NCBI GenBank assembly: GCA_963693365.1
Contig: CAVNZM010000011.1
Span: 6,095,921 to 6,159,920, forward strand
Length of the DNA stretch: 64,000 nt
Direction: 5' to 3'
Origin: Amoebidium appalachense
Taxonomy: Eukaryota > Protista > Ichthyosporea
In this document: positions 28,411-41,700 of the stretch, piece by piece
How positions within the stretch are numbered: the first letter of the stretch is position 1
Layout: every line of letters starts with the position of its first letter
Notes under the pieces: generated by a model
Database searches by the model: none
Told to the model about the DNA's origin: nothing
Seen by the model: the letters and a program-made list of their open reading frames with translations, nothing else
Position numbers and translations under genes: made by a program

Positions 28411-30032
28411 TGTTAGACTTTATTATTTGCTGACTTGCATTGACTGGCCCGCCTGGACCATTATATACTTGTGGTCTGGCTCACTGGAATGTTACATACT
28501 ATTCCCGATTGGTCTACCCGCCGCTATGGATCTAATCGCTACCAATCAAAACACTTCAATAGAATCTTCTAGACTCTTCTAGATCTATCCTGATCTATCG
28601 TGAACCTATCCACCAGTTTATCCCGAATATCTCGAATATTCCCGATCACTAGTGCTACGCTAACGCAGGGCATACCGGATGGCTATCCTGTTCGACACCC
28701 CCACTTGCACTGTGTTCTATCTATGTACTGCATGCAACCTAAACCTAAGATGCAACTCTAAAACTATGCTACTATACTAACACATATAACACCTACTACA
28801 CGAACATTAACACTACACTATTTGTAGTTCTCACTCAGCCATGCCGATGGCCTGCCGATGCTGCACTAAATTAAGTCTCCCTAAAGCTTTGGTGCACATG
28901 TCGGCCACGTTACTGTTCGTGCTGCAATACACAAGTTCTACATCCCCATTCTCCACACACTCACGGGTGTAGTGGTACTGAAAGTCGATGTGTTTGCTCC
29001 TGTTATGGAGCATCGGGTTCCTTGCAAGCTTGATGCTGGCCTGGTTGTCGGCGTAGATGATGGTCGCCTCACTCATATCGTAGCCCAGCTGCATCCAGTA
29101 GTCGGAGCACAGACGTTCAATGTCGGTGCAGACCAGGGCCGTGTTCTTCCGGAGGTGAAGGAAGAACTTACGTACGACATCCTTGTGCTGGACGGGCTCG
29201 TCGAGGCAGGCAAGTGTCGTAGCCAGACGTTGGAGGCGGGTGAGGTATGCTGTGACGTTGGGGTAGTCTCGTAGTTCAAGCTCCTCGTAGGTGACTTGAA
29301 TCTGGGTGACTCGGGCCTCCTTCTCTGCCACATACGCCATACGTAGGCTGTGGAAGACTTCTCCACCGTGGACACCGTCTTGCATCCGGCCGGAGTCGTA
29401 GAGCTCGGTCGGATGGACGGACTGGTTGAGGATCTGGTCGAGGACGCCGGAAGCTTTCTTGTAGGAGTCCTTGGTGCCGTAGCCTAGCCACTGGTTGGCT
29501 TCAGTGCCGTCAACCCATTGTGGCCTCTTGATAGCGTCAACGAATTTCTCGGCAATGGTTGTTCTAATGAACCGGTGGATGAGTGGCTCCCACTCGAAAT
29601 AGTTGAGACGTTTCTCGTCTCTTTTCTCGGACGGATTCCATATTGGAAGGTTGATATACGACGGTTTGTCAGTCATGATTGAAGCAGTAAGACGGAGGAA
29701 TTTCGCGGTTGTAACGAGATTGTGTGTTAGCGTGCAAAGGGGCCGTAAACCTGTTGTTTTGTGTGGGTAAACGGAGAAGCAGAGAGCACAGATGGGTGTT
29801 ATGTTATACACAACACAGAGACACACGGGAAAAACACAACCGGAGAGGTGGAACGATTTCTGGAACCATAGGAAATGAATACGACTGCTTGATATTTATT
29901 CCAAGATGAAGTCCCTTTTATACTTGGGAATGTGAAAACGATAAACCAATCAAAAGAACGAAAACTCTATTTTCCAATCAGAAAGACGAAAACTATGAGT
30001 GTAAAATATATCGATCGAAATGTCTGTCGACA
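28411..30032 (-). mobile_element. Internally deleted Ty1/copia retrotransposon with non-matching LTR-like ends
   Basis: The PPT AAGTGGGGG precedes a TG...CA 3' LTR at 28697-28411 (TATA, AATAAA). A TG...CA 5' LTR-like segment at 30032-29876 is followed by PBS-like CCTATGGTTCCAG. Copia coding remnants lie between. Confidence 0.75.
28831..29826 (-). CDS. Copia gag fragment fused in frame to the C-terminal RNase H region (likely start MTDKP at ~29676)
   Basis: Gag-like VTAYLTRLQRLATTLACLDEPV; copia RNase H motifs IYADNQASI, RSKHID, HYTRE, ADMCTKAL. No protease, integrase or RT. Confidence 0.85.
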   Translation of the reverse strand: MCLCVVYNITPICALCFSVYPHKTTGLRPLCTLTHNLVTTAKFLRLTASIMTDKPSYINLPIWNPSEKRDEKRLNYFEWEPLIHRFIRTTIAEKFVDAIKRPQWVDGTEANQWLGYGTKDSYKKASGVLDQILNQSVHPTELYDSGRMQDGVHGGEVFHSLRMAYVAEKEARVTQIQVTYEELELRDYPNVTAYLTRLQRLATTLACLDEPVQHKDVVRKFFLHLRKNTALVCTDIERLCSDYWMQLGYDMSEATIIYADNQASIKLARNPMLHNRSKHIDFQYHYTRECVENGDVELVYCSTNSNVADMCTKALGRLNLVQHRQAIGMAE

Positions 30033-30529
30033 CATAGAATAAAAATGCAATCCTCTAATAAAAGAAACTTCTAATAAAAGCACGGAAACATTTAACAAAA
30101 TGAAACCACTTATGTAACTATTAGTTCACATCATACATTTATACTATATGTTCTTAACATAACACGTCTAAATATAATTATTCCTAATAGTTGGAGAACA
30201 TAGCACAATGCTACGTCGTGAGAAAGGAATGGGAAAGGAAAAGTTACTATATTTGGGAAAATACAAACGAGATCTGATTGGATGACATATTTAGATATTG
30301 ACACAAACGACAATACGTGTGCGCGAGCTAAGTATGTCGATGTGTACAGAGATCTAAGATATCTGTGTACACGGAAACAGAAAGGAAAGAAAGAAAGGAA
30401 GAAAGGAAAAGGGAAAAGGAAACAAACTACAACAAACTAATAAACAAATATAAAACTCAACTTCTAAGTCTTGCTGAGAATCATGGGAAGATGACAGTAT
30501 GTGTGTGTACGTGTACTTGTGTTTGCACA

Positions 30530-30721
30530 TTTGCACCGAAGGGGCTATGCGCAGAATTGCACCTGAATGTGTTTAGATGCCACAAATGCACACATGCACA
30601 CAAAGAGGTGAGTGATGCATGTACACGCGCCCGAAAGTATTTACATGCACACATGCACACAAACCGATGTGAACGTTACCGTTGGGGAGAGGGGAGGAGC
30701 TGAGCATTATGGAGGCGGGAG

Positions 30722-30764
<43 letters not shown>

Positions 30765-30942
30765 GGGAAGAGTGAGAGAGAGAAACAGTGTGCATGCTTG
30801 TGCGGGTGATGGAGAGAGAGGGAGGGAGGCCGGGGGGGGGGAGGATTCAGCGAGAGACGTATCAGAGAGAGAGAGAGGGGGAATACAGAGACAGGGAAAG
30901 AGAAAGAGAGGGAGAGAGAGTGTGTGTGCGCAATGCCATGTG

Positions 30943-31002
<60 letters not shown>

Positions 31003-31073
31003 CAACGGTGTGTGTGTGTGTGTGTGTGTGTGCGTGCGTGTGTGTGTGTGTGTGTGTGCCTTTGCAAGGGGGC

Positions 31074-31114
<41 letters not shown>

Positions 31115-31134
31115 CTTTGCAAGGGGGCACTGTG

Positions 31135-31188
<54 letters not shown>

Positions 31189-31217
31189 TTGCGACGTGTG
31201 TGTGTGTGTATGTTTTT

Positions 31218-31248
<31 letters not shown>

Positions 31249-31406
31249 TTATCCGCGATGCCTCCACAACACGCACACGCACAAAGAGGTGAGTGATGCA
31301 TGTACACGCACCCGAAAGTATTTACATGCACACATGCACACAAACTGATGTGAACGTTACCGTTGGGGAGAGGGGAGGAGGTGAGCATTATGGAGGCGGG
31401 AGGGGG

Positions 31407-31439
<33 letters not shown>

Positions 31440-31570
31440 GGGAAGAGCGAGAGAAACAGTGTGCATGCTTGTGCGGGTGATAGAGAGAGAGGGAGGGAGG
31501 CCGGAGGGTGGGGGGGGGGGAGAATTCAGAGAGCGAGAGACGTATCAGAGAGAGAGGGGGAATACAGAGA

Positions 31571-31611
<41 letters not shown>

Positions 31612-31706
31612 GATATATATAAATATATATATACGGAGGGGGGGGGATTCAGAGGGAGAGAGAGAGAGAGAGAGAGGGAGAGTGTGTGTGTGTGCGCATG
31701 TGCATG

Positions 31707-31758
<52 letters not shown>

Positions 31759-31763
31759 CAACG

Positions 31764-31810
<47 letters not shown>

Positions 31811-31830
31811 TGTGTGTGTGTGCCTTTGCA
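30530..31830 (+). repeat. Tandem duplication of a microsatellite-laced unit; an inverted paralog lies at ~37960-38127
   Basis: caaagaggtgagtgatgcatgtacacg...aaccgatgtgaacgttaccgttggggagagg occurs at ~30600 and ~31280, and as reverse complement near 38000-38120. Confidence 0.8.
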
Positions 31831-31936
31831 TGAACCGCGCCGTCTGAACCACAGCCACGTATGAAACCACGCCCCCATGATCCGCATGAACCGCCGGCCC
31901 GTATGAGCACACACACACATGCACCGTCGCAAACGC

Positions 31937-32057
<121 letters not shown>

Positions 32058-32062
32058 CGTTG

Positions 32063-32130
<68 letters not shown>

Positions 32131-32190
32131 CAGCATGTTCAGCACACACTGATATACTCGCACACGCGCAAGAGTAGGCGTGCGCGCGCG

Positions 32191-32233
<43 letters not shown>

Positions 32234-32689
32234 TGGTCCGTGAGAGAAGAAAGAGAGATCAGAGAAGGTGGAGAAAGGGGGGAGACAAGGGAAACGGATA
32301 GAACCGAGATACAAAGAGGGCGAGAGAGAGAGAAAGAGAGCGAGAGAGGGAAAGAGAGATTTTGCCAAACGTAACCGTTTTGTCGGAAATTTAGAATTGA
32401 AATGACGAGGTGTATAATATGACAATAAATGTATATTTATAAATGTATATTTATTAAAAAACACAAAAAAACACATATGTGTGCGTGTTTCAGAAACGCC
32501 AGAAACTTCAAACGCCACAATCAAAAAACGCCTTGGGGGATCAGCCAGAGACTTCAAACGCCTTGGCGAATCAAAAAAACGCCTTGTGGGGATCGAGTTG
32601 TTTGGTAGGAACGCCTCGGTGAATCAGAATGTTCGACAGAATCCTCTGAGGCCAGGGTTTTGTGTTATTAATCGTATTTGGGCAAATCA

Positions 32690-32806
32690 TCCGGACATTT
32701 TGACACCCGACGGTCGTATTTACTATTTTAAAAGCCTTTTTTCAATCGTATCGGGGGGCTTTGTAAATCGTAAATACGACGATTTTTGAGTCGTATGCCA
32801 CCCCTG
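32690..32806 (-). mobile_element. Possible hAT-like DNA transposon terminus
   Basis: The minus strand begins CAGGGGTGGCATACG followed by repeated ATCGTA/TACGA subterminal motifs; no partner end was found. Confidence 0.3.
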
Positions 32807-33652
32807 CTGGGGAATCGGTCTGAAGAGTTGATTGGTAGAAGAATTCAAAAGACCATCAAATCACGATAGAGGGTTTCTGCACCATCGCTCCCCCCTGCTG
32901 AAGGGGGGCTTCTTCTGCACATGCCACGTAATCATGTAGTTGTTTTTTATATTGACTGTATATGCATAGTCTTCAAGATCTCTGTTGTCAGGTAATTGTC
33001 ATAGGCTTGTGTCTTCTGTAAAAGAAACACTATCGAGGTGCAGCTGTTTTTTTTGATTTTGTCGTCATGATTGTATTGCGGATTTACTATTCTTCCGGTT
33101 TCGACATTTAGGCCACGTGAAATTCCGTTACAGACATAGGACTGCGTGTGGTTCTACATAGAGTAAAAAAGAATGAAAATTACAGTAAATATGGCTATTT
33201 CTATAATATGAGGCTCCACTTTCCGTAGTTACTAGCCACATACTGTTACATATATGGAAACGGGGTCCAAAATTCACGGGGGCGCATATACGGACATTCG
33301 ATCTCCTCCCCACTTAGATTAGTGTTGGGGGATCCGTTTTCGTTTACTTAGAGTTTTGAGATCGCCCATCTGAGAAGTCGTATAATCCGGGTAATTCTCG
33401 CGTACCCTGATTTTCAACAATCCCCCTTCAATGATCCCCAATTCCACGACCGCTACAAAACATGCACAGAATTATTGAACCCCACGCTTGGTATATTATC
33501 GAACTATCGCATGCAAAATTACGTAAACAGCCTGGCGTACCAACGCCAGATAGATGTCCGATTGGATTGCAAATTTGTGACATTTATTTAAATAAAGACA
33601 CTGTCGTATAGTCATATGTTCGCCGGTTGTTTTATTTCCACATGAACGGAAA

Positions 33653-34799
33653 ATGGCGCAACCTAACATGAACGCAACGAATGACCCTGTGATGTACAAC
33701 AGTAATGACACGGCAGGTGCCTCTGCACGCCCGAATGCTACCGCTACCGTGCCTAAGTCAGTAGTGCCTAAGTGGGTCATTGACCCAACTTGTAATGCTT
33801 TGTTTTTCGAGATAAACGACGAGGACGTACAGAAATATGGCTTGGAGCTGCCCATCGTGTGGGGCCACGTGTCTCCAGACGATGTGATTTGCCTGGTGTC
33901 CGGGGATGCCAACCCCGCGCCGGTCAAACATAACGGCACCCTGCTTAACCTGCTGGAAGGGACCGTCCGTGTCCTCCAGGGGCAAGTTATCAGTGAAGTT
34001 GTGCGTGCCCGTCTCCTGAGCCTTATTGCTGCAAGCGATGCCCAAGCTGGGAAAGTGGGGGGCGATTGGAGAGGAAAGGCCGTTCTTGGCGGCCATCAGT
34101 CAACGTCTTTCACGGCTGGAGAAGGAGAGGGTTATGTTGCGCCAGATGGTAGTCAAGCAACAGCGCCAGTTAAACGGGGGCCTCGAAATGATGCAACCTA
34201 ACGTAAACACGACGAATGACCCTGTGGTGGACAGTAGCAATGACAGTAAAGTGGAAGGTACCCCTGCATGCCCGGATCCTACCGTCACGGCTACCGCCAC
34301 CACTACCGCTTCCGTGTCCAAGTGGGTCATCAACCCCAAATGTAATCCATTGTACTTCGAGATAAATCACGAGGACGTACAGAAATATGGCTCGGAGCTG
34401 CCCATTATGCGCGGACTCGCCGGCGTGTCTCCTGCCGACGCAATTTGCCTGGTGTCCAGGGATGACAACCCCGTGCCGGTTAAACATACGGGCTCCCTTC
34501 ATGATCTGCTTGAAGTGACCGCCCGTGTCCTCCAGGGGCAAGTTATCAGCGAGGATGTACGTGCCCGTCTCTTGGTCCTTGTTCTTGCGAGCGATGCCCA
34601 AGTTCAACTTGGGCGAGAGGAGGCGCTTGGGGAAGAAAAGCGGTTCTTGGCGGCAGTCGGTCAACGTATTATGCGGCTGGAGAAGGAGAGGGTTGCATTG
34701 CGCCAGCTTGTACACAAGCAAAAGCGCCAGTTGAACGGGGGCCCTGGTTCCACCACCGTTGATGTCGTGGTCACAGTGAAGCGGGCGAGGATATCATAA
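33653..34799 (+). pseudogene. Intronless gene made of two tandem ~180-aa repeats ending in a coiled coil; frameshift in repeat 1
   Basis: ORFs 33653-34201 and 34026-34799 share QPN.N.TNDPV, KWVI.P.CN.L.FEIN.EDVQKYG.ELPI, RVLQGQVISE.VRARLL and RLEKERV.LRQ. A ~5-nt deletion near 34046 shifts the frame relative to repeat 2. Confidence 0.7.
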
Positions 34800-35445
34800 T
34801 ATACAACGAACATATACGTTCTGAGTGTTATCTCCCGATACACTCGGGCTCCACATCGTCTCTATATCCGTGCGTGTATAGCGTAGATAGGACAACATGT
34901 CCAACTTCGTGCTCTTATAGTGCAGAAAAGACAACGGGAGTTTTGTTCTAGATCTTGTAGGTGGTTAAATAGTTCACGTAATATAACGATCAATGCTGAT
35001 CGATGGTGCGTCATGGATGTTCCATATGTACCATGCACCATCAATTCCATGATATGATTATGATTGGCTGGGCTTTGTGTTGTCCATGCATATCCATAAG
35101 TGAAGTGTGTGCCTAGCATGTACACACCGTTTGGCATCCCAGGGCTTCATATGTGTCGACTTTTTGAATAAACTTGTGTACATATGCTCTGATACTCTCG
35201 AGTCTCATTGTCCCGGTGTTTTTTTTTTTTTTTTTTTGTGGGGGGGGGGCGGGGTGGGGGACTGCCCCTAACACGTACTGACGTGTTGCCGCACGTGCGA
35301 CGTTTTAACATCTATTCAGGCGTCCCTTTTAAGTAAAAAAGAAAAAAAAAAAAAAGAAAAGAAAGGAGACACCGCCTCAGTAGGTGGTAGGGGCTGCCCC
35401 CTCCCCCCCTTCTTCCTGTGCGCATCATTGCAAACACATTACCCC

Positions 35446-36183
35446 TCAATCGGGTTTCTGATGGCCCAATTTCTTTTTCATGGCCTCGGTTTTGAATTGC
35501 CATAGCGGCATCCGCTTTCCCTTTAAGTTGGGGTACACCCGGGGGGCATTGTCGTTACTGCCACCCGCGTCATCCATACTACTGGACTGTACCGGAGTGG
35601 CCGGAGCACTGCCTAGTTTGATAGTTCCGATTTTGGACTTCGTATCCGGTTTGTTCAAGGCTTCTAAGGCCAACTTGACCAAGCTGACAAGCTCCTTTTT
35701 CGCAACCTCCTCGTCTTCATTTTCTTTCCCAGTTTTGGCTTTGGCTATGACGGGGGCCTCCAGCAATTTGTTTATTTTCTTTAATAGGCCAGGTTGGGAT
35801 GCAAGGGACTCTACCCAGACATAGTCGGGCAACGCATCCAGCGGCACTTTTAATTGATCGGCTACGTCTCTCAAATGGTCAATGTGGGTCTTCAATTGCT
35901 TGCCAATAATTTCCCTCAACGTGGAGGGGTCGATCATGGAAAGGACCTCGAATAGCTCAACCTCCTTCGAATCCCCATCCCCGGGTTTTTTGTGTTTCAC
36001 GTAAATTTTCTGGTATCCCAACCCTGTCTGAGGAAGCCAGAATCCCGTACCCAAACGGGGCGGGCACGGTTTGCAATCGGCCACTGCTTTCGGTCGTCCC
36101 TTCGCTTTTTTACCATGTGCCTGGTTCCCCTTTCTCGGCCCCTTTGCCTTAGCCGTTGGTGGCATTGCCTGCCGTGTGCCCAC
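35446..36183 (-). CDS. Hypothetical Lys-rich protein (or an exon of a larger gene)
   Basis: 245-codon non-repetitive ORF with protein-like composition; no family recognised. Confidence 0.5.
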   Translation of the reverse strand: MGTRQAMPPTAKAKGPRKGNQAHGKKAKGRPKAVADCKPCPPRLGTGFWLPQTGLGYQKIYVKHKKPGDGDSKEVELFEVLSMIDPSTLREIIGKQLKTHIDHLRDVADQLKVPLDALPDYVWVESLASQPGLLKKINKLLEAPVIAKAKTGKENEDEEVAKKELVSLVKLALEALNKPDTKSKIGTIKLGSAPATPVQSSSMDDAGGSNDNAPRVYPNLKGKRMPLWQFKTEAMKKKLGHQKPD

Positions 36184-36473
36184 TCCCTCGTGCCGTTGCC
36201 AAGCCCCCCTAAAAATAATGCTCGAGTCTCATCCACCATTCCGCCCAACCACCCACCCATTCACCTGGGGGGGGGGGGGCATGGTAAATACGGGCCGGTG
36301 GGTGGGAGGCCGGGGTTTCGTGTGAGCGGACGGCTCCTGTTGTGCATACGGGCGGGCGGTTCATGCGGGTGGGTGGTTCTTACGGACGGGCGGTTCTTAT
36401 GCGCCGGTGGTGTATACGGGCGGGTGATTCAGCGAGCTGGTGCATCGCACGAGCATATGGCACATATGTGGTG

Positions 36474-36521
<48 letters not shown>

Positions 36522-36736
36522 CCGCCGCCGCCCGCCCGCCCAGGCCAATGGAACGTCAGCATTTGACGCTGCCAAGAACTCCGCTTTGTTTTGGGATTCC
36601 CCAAGTTAGTAAAAAGCTACCAGTTAGCTGGAGCTACGGCCGGTCAATGGTAGTGGTCAGAGCCTGGTCCCCCAGTGTGTGTGTGTGTGTGTGTGTGAGT
36701 GTGAGTGTGAGTGTGTGTGTGTGTGTGTGTGAGTGT

Positions 36737-36797
<61 letters not shown>

Positions 36798-36875
36798 TGG
36801 GTCTGCCCTGGGCGGACTTTTTGTGGTGTTCTCGCCCGAGGAGCGGTACGTCAACACAAACACCTTACTCTTCAA

Positions 36876-37663
36876 TCACTGCTTTCTTGAATTTCCACGC
36901 CAGTGGTAGCCACCAGTGGCATTGTAAGGGCATGTGATTTCCGGGGCATGGTCATAAATGTAGTGTGCGTACGTCGTGTCTATCACAGTTGGATGTCGCT
37001 CCCTTTCCGGACCCATAAACTCAACGTTTTTCAGGCTAATGAACACACCCCTACAGACACAAGAGTCCGACCATCCTGCATTTGCTTTTCTCAAAGTTGC
37101 ATTGTTGGCAAATCGCCAGATGCTAGAAAAATGCCAATCATTCCCGTCGATCATATGTCTTCCCTTTTGAAACACATATCTGGACGTTTTATCATGCATA
37201 CCCTTTGGTGTTTCTCTCCCGGTAGTATCTGCACAACAGCCCCCTTCCCCACGTATCTACCTATCCGGTGCTCCCCTGCCTTGGATCTAAAGTGGCTGGC
37301 CTGGCCAATATAGAACAGACCAAGACCTGGATCTTCATACCCGTATTTGGCCTTTGGTTTAAGTTTTGATTTCATGACAACGAGCCCGAGGTCTCTGTCC
37401 ACTAACATATTACCTTCGCGTAGCCAGCGTACCAGAGCCTCGACGCATGGAAAAGGGTGCACCTCTTCAATAGGCTTACTACCGTCATGGAGTTGTATGA
37501 AGCTCCCCATGATCGGATACTGGGATAGTACTCGCCGATGTGAGAACACGGTGGTGTGCCTGTAGTACCTATAACACGCCGTCAAGCAACGTTGTTCCTC
37601 CCAGCGCCCCGCCTGTTCCTCCGCCACCGTTTTGGTACTAGCCTCTCTTTCTACCTTTATCAT
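36876..37663 (-). pseudogene. SET-domain (lysine methyltransferase-like) coding region, frameshifted near 37200
   Basis: The upstream ORF gives LVVMKSK...GLGLFY...IGRYVG (SET-N GxGLF / IxxYxG). The downstream ORF gives YVF...IDGN...WRFANNA...ANA...VFISLKNV...EITCPY (RFxNHS-like and ELxxxY motifs). Confidence 0.6.
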
Positions 37664-37745
37664 CGTTTATCTTCGTCTTTAAATGGACACAAGATTTTCT
37701 TGCAGTGACCCCCCCACTGCCTATGAGTGTGCGACTGTGTGTCAC

Positions 37746-37894
<149 letters not shown>

Positions 37895-38125
37895 TGTGTG
37901 TGTGGTGTGACATGTCTGTGCACATGCGGGCATGCAGTTCATGCGGCCCCGTGATTCGTGCAATGCAACGGTAATGGCCACATCGGTTTATGTGTATGTG
38001 TGCTTTTGTGTGTATGTAAGCGCATTCAGGCGCACGTACATGCAACACTCACCTCTTTGTGTGTATGTGTGCATTTGTGGCATCTAAACACATTCAGGTG
38101 CAATTCTGTGCCTACCCCCTTCAAT

Positions 38126-38187
<62 letters not shown>

Positions 38188-38315
38188 GCGCGCGCGCGCA
38201 TATACACACATTCAGATCCCCTTCCCCTTCCCCTTCCCCTTCCCCTTCCCCTTCCCCCTTCCCCCCCCCCCCCCCCCCCTCCCCCAGCACGTACAGGTTG
38301 GAAGTGTGTGTGTGT

Positions 38316-38366
<51 letters not shown>

Positions 38367-38468
38367 CCGTGTTTTCTATCTCTCTGTGATTGTGTGTGAC
38401 AGTGTGTGCCGTGCCATTTTCTATCTCTCTGTGATTGTGTGTATGTGCCGTGTTTTCTATATCTCTGT

Positions 38469-38514
<46 letters not shown>

Positions 38515-38740
38515 GTGCGTGTGTGCGTGTGACACAGAGGTTTTGGATTGGATTAATGTCACGGACTACAAGATCGATCACTTTGCCGTGCTTCCGACCA
38601 ATGGAGCTATCAATCAATAGGAACTGTAAACATTGGATCGTTCTTGCAACCGCCGTAATAACCACGGTTGGTCATTTCATGAGCCGCGATTTCTTCAATT
38701 TGACCATGAAGCACGTGCATTGCAGTTTGCACAGCGTCAC

Positions 38741-41700
38741 TGTAAACAGTTGGACTAGTTAGGATAAGGCAGAGTACAACTGAATCAAAATAAAGACAGA
38801 GAACGGGTAGAAAGGCACACGCGGCCAGGTTGCTTTTACTATGGGCCGACTCAGTCTGTCTCAGACTTCACTGATGTGATCCCCGTACTGGGACGGCTTT
38901 CTTATATAGCCCCCAGGTTTCGGATCAAGGCCCAGGATTGGTTCATCCGCGGCCAGCGCGGGTGGCAACATGCCATTCGTGATTCTGGTGCGGTCCGAGC
39001 CAGTCAGACCTTTGTCCTATTTATGCAAACCTCTTATTGGTTCACTTCGTTTATGTGGTATGCAGCTGAAGAACCATATATGGTTCAATTCTTAGGTCAG
39101 AGTGAGTCCTATTGGTGCGGACATAATATTTATGTGATATTCATGACAAAGCACGAATCGTGTGCTAGTAGATCACATTCTTTAGTAAACATGTACAGTT
39201 CATGTGTACAGTTGTTTACACTCCCCCCCTTGTCGGGAGCCTGGTGGTGTCGTTAGACAAGCAAACCACCAGGCTGAGAGGCGATAAACAACCTTCAGCG
39301 AGAATTCTTGTGTGTGCCGAGCTGCTGGACAGAACAGAGCAAGGACGGTGGAATAGAGTTGTGCACGTCTATGAGCACTTCTTCATTTGCCAAAACGTAA
39401 ATTCATGCAGCATTCTTCTGTGATTTCATTTTCGTGGCGAAGATTGTTGCAGAGTGTGCGTGCGAATAATTCGCTAAGCCTTCGTCTCTGTGCTTGGCTT
39501 TTCTGTAGAAGTAGTATTTTCCTTTTTGGGAATTTTTCCTTTTTAGGATACTCCCGCAGATTCGTTTTCAATTGCGAGTAATTTGGTTGTGTGGATGAAT
39601 GATCATACCAAACATTCGATAATGAATATAACTCGAGCCTTAGGTCACTTCGTAGCTCAGGTAGTGGTGGATAGCTTCAAGGCTTAGCCACTGCTCCTTA
39701 TCCCGGTTCTACCATAAGACTGTAAGGCGAGTCACCATGGCCGGAAAAGCCACTTCTTTCATGAACAAAGAGCACTTCTTTCCTTTCAGCTTTAACCCTG
39801 CATCATCGGAGCTGGGAAAAACAGAATAAAAATGCCCAAGTGTTCTTCGTTGGGCGACATAAAGAAATATATCACCCGTCAGAACCAGTAAAAGCCCGGT
39901 TCATAATTCATAAGAAGAGGGTAGGCAAAGCAAGCCTCCTTCAGAAAACACATGCTTCCATTCGTGAGCAGTTTTCGTATCCCATTTGCCAGCCATTTTC
40001 GTTGAGCAGGGGGATTCCAGGCATAATACATTCTTCTGGAGGCTTGGCCTAAAAAGAAAAGTCGTCGGAGTCGCCCTTTCTTTTGTAAGCAACTTCGTGA
40101 GCGCGCTTCGTGTTTTCATATCCTCCAGTGCAGGTCTGGATGGTGCCCCATCCTCTGCTTCATTTGTAGGTGGCCCTACTGTAGGTTCTGTTCGTTGTGT
40201 GGAATACCAAAACCATTCGTATTCGTGGAACTGCTTTGTGCTGTGCTTTCTTTCGTGTTGGTGTTCATGAAGTTACCCCGTTCACACACCTACTACTTTC
40301 ATACATCAGACGTAAGTAGCTGCCTGGGGGGTGTGTGGTTCGTGTTCGTGGCATTCTTCTGTTCCTTCGTGAGAAGAATATTCGTTTTAGCAGAGGTGCC
40401 CAATAAGGCAGCTTGTGGGGTTGTCTCCCGCATGTGCCCATTGGTGGGGTATGCACGTGCTAAATTGTTACAGTGTCATCATATTGCAAGGGAATAACAT
40501 GGTCACCTCCGTACCAGGGCCTAGTAGGTACACATGATGGTCCGATGTGTTAGTCAACAACACCTTGCATTCGTATTCGTATTTGTCTTCCACGTCACTT
40601 TCTTCAGTAGTGAAGGAGGGTATTCGTAATTCGAAACTGAAAGGCTTCCAGCCAAAATACTGACGCTGTATGCTGGGGTTGTGAGGGAACGGTGCCCATA
40701 CCACATTCTTTTGTTCTGGTGGGGGTGTGCCGGCAGCTAGTGCAAGGCTTGACAGTGTAATTGGTATGTTACACAGTATTGCCACAGACGGGCATTCACC
40801 TTAAAATTCGTACCCAACACCTTCTTTGTTTTTCACATGCATGAACAAAAGTTCTGCATCGACTTTATTACATGCCTTTTGTGCACCAAGAGTGCAAATT
40901 TGTTAGGGCGTGGCACCAGGAAGGGCCGCCATACATGAGGCATATGTTCGTAATGTGTTTAGGCATGCCAGCATACATTCATGCGCATGTTGTGCATCCT
41001 GTGCGCTAAACTATGGGGCATGCTGTATTCGAAAACAGCAAGAAATTCGAAGCATGCATGCAACACTACTTTCATAAGATCTTAGGTCCTACATGCTATA
41101 GCAACAGCGACTATCTTCTTCGTTAAGTGCATTTGTGCTGAAAGTGGCCGTGCATCTGGCTTGCGAGTGTGGACGTGCATGCGGTGGCATGGACACGATG
41201 GCAGTGTGCAATAGCGCAATGCACGCAAGGGCAACGGTTTTATTTTCTTCCTAACATAGAGGGGGCTGTGTGCATTGCAACCCAAGCAGTGTTGTGCATT
41301 CGTTCTTTCATTTTCGTATTTCCAATTCATTTTGCTTTCGTTTTTCGTTTTTTGTCGTTTGATAACTTCGTTACTTCGTTTTGTTTTCGTGTTGCATTCA
41401 TTTCGTATTTCCTCTATGCATTCGTTTGTCGTTAATTCTTTATTTCATTGTGTATTCGTGATGGTTCGTTTTTCGTTGGTTCATTGCTTCGTTAGCAATT
41501 CTTTATTCGTTTGTTCGTGTATTCGTTGTTTCGTTGTGTATTCGTTTTTCTTCACATTTTTGATGTGTCGTAGCAAAAGAAGTTTTACATGCTTTCAATT
41601 CTTTCCGTGTAGGTGGGCTGGCCACTTCAAACTTGTAGGTGTATATATTCTAAGCCGGACAAGGAAAGATGTGCCTATCATCGGGGTAAAAAGGATTGTG

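Noticed and set aside
38876-39256. MIPVLGRLSY... ORF occurring four times
   Set aside because: It lies antisense within the LTR; the recurrence reflects LTR copies, not a gene.
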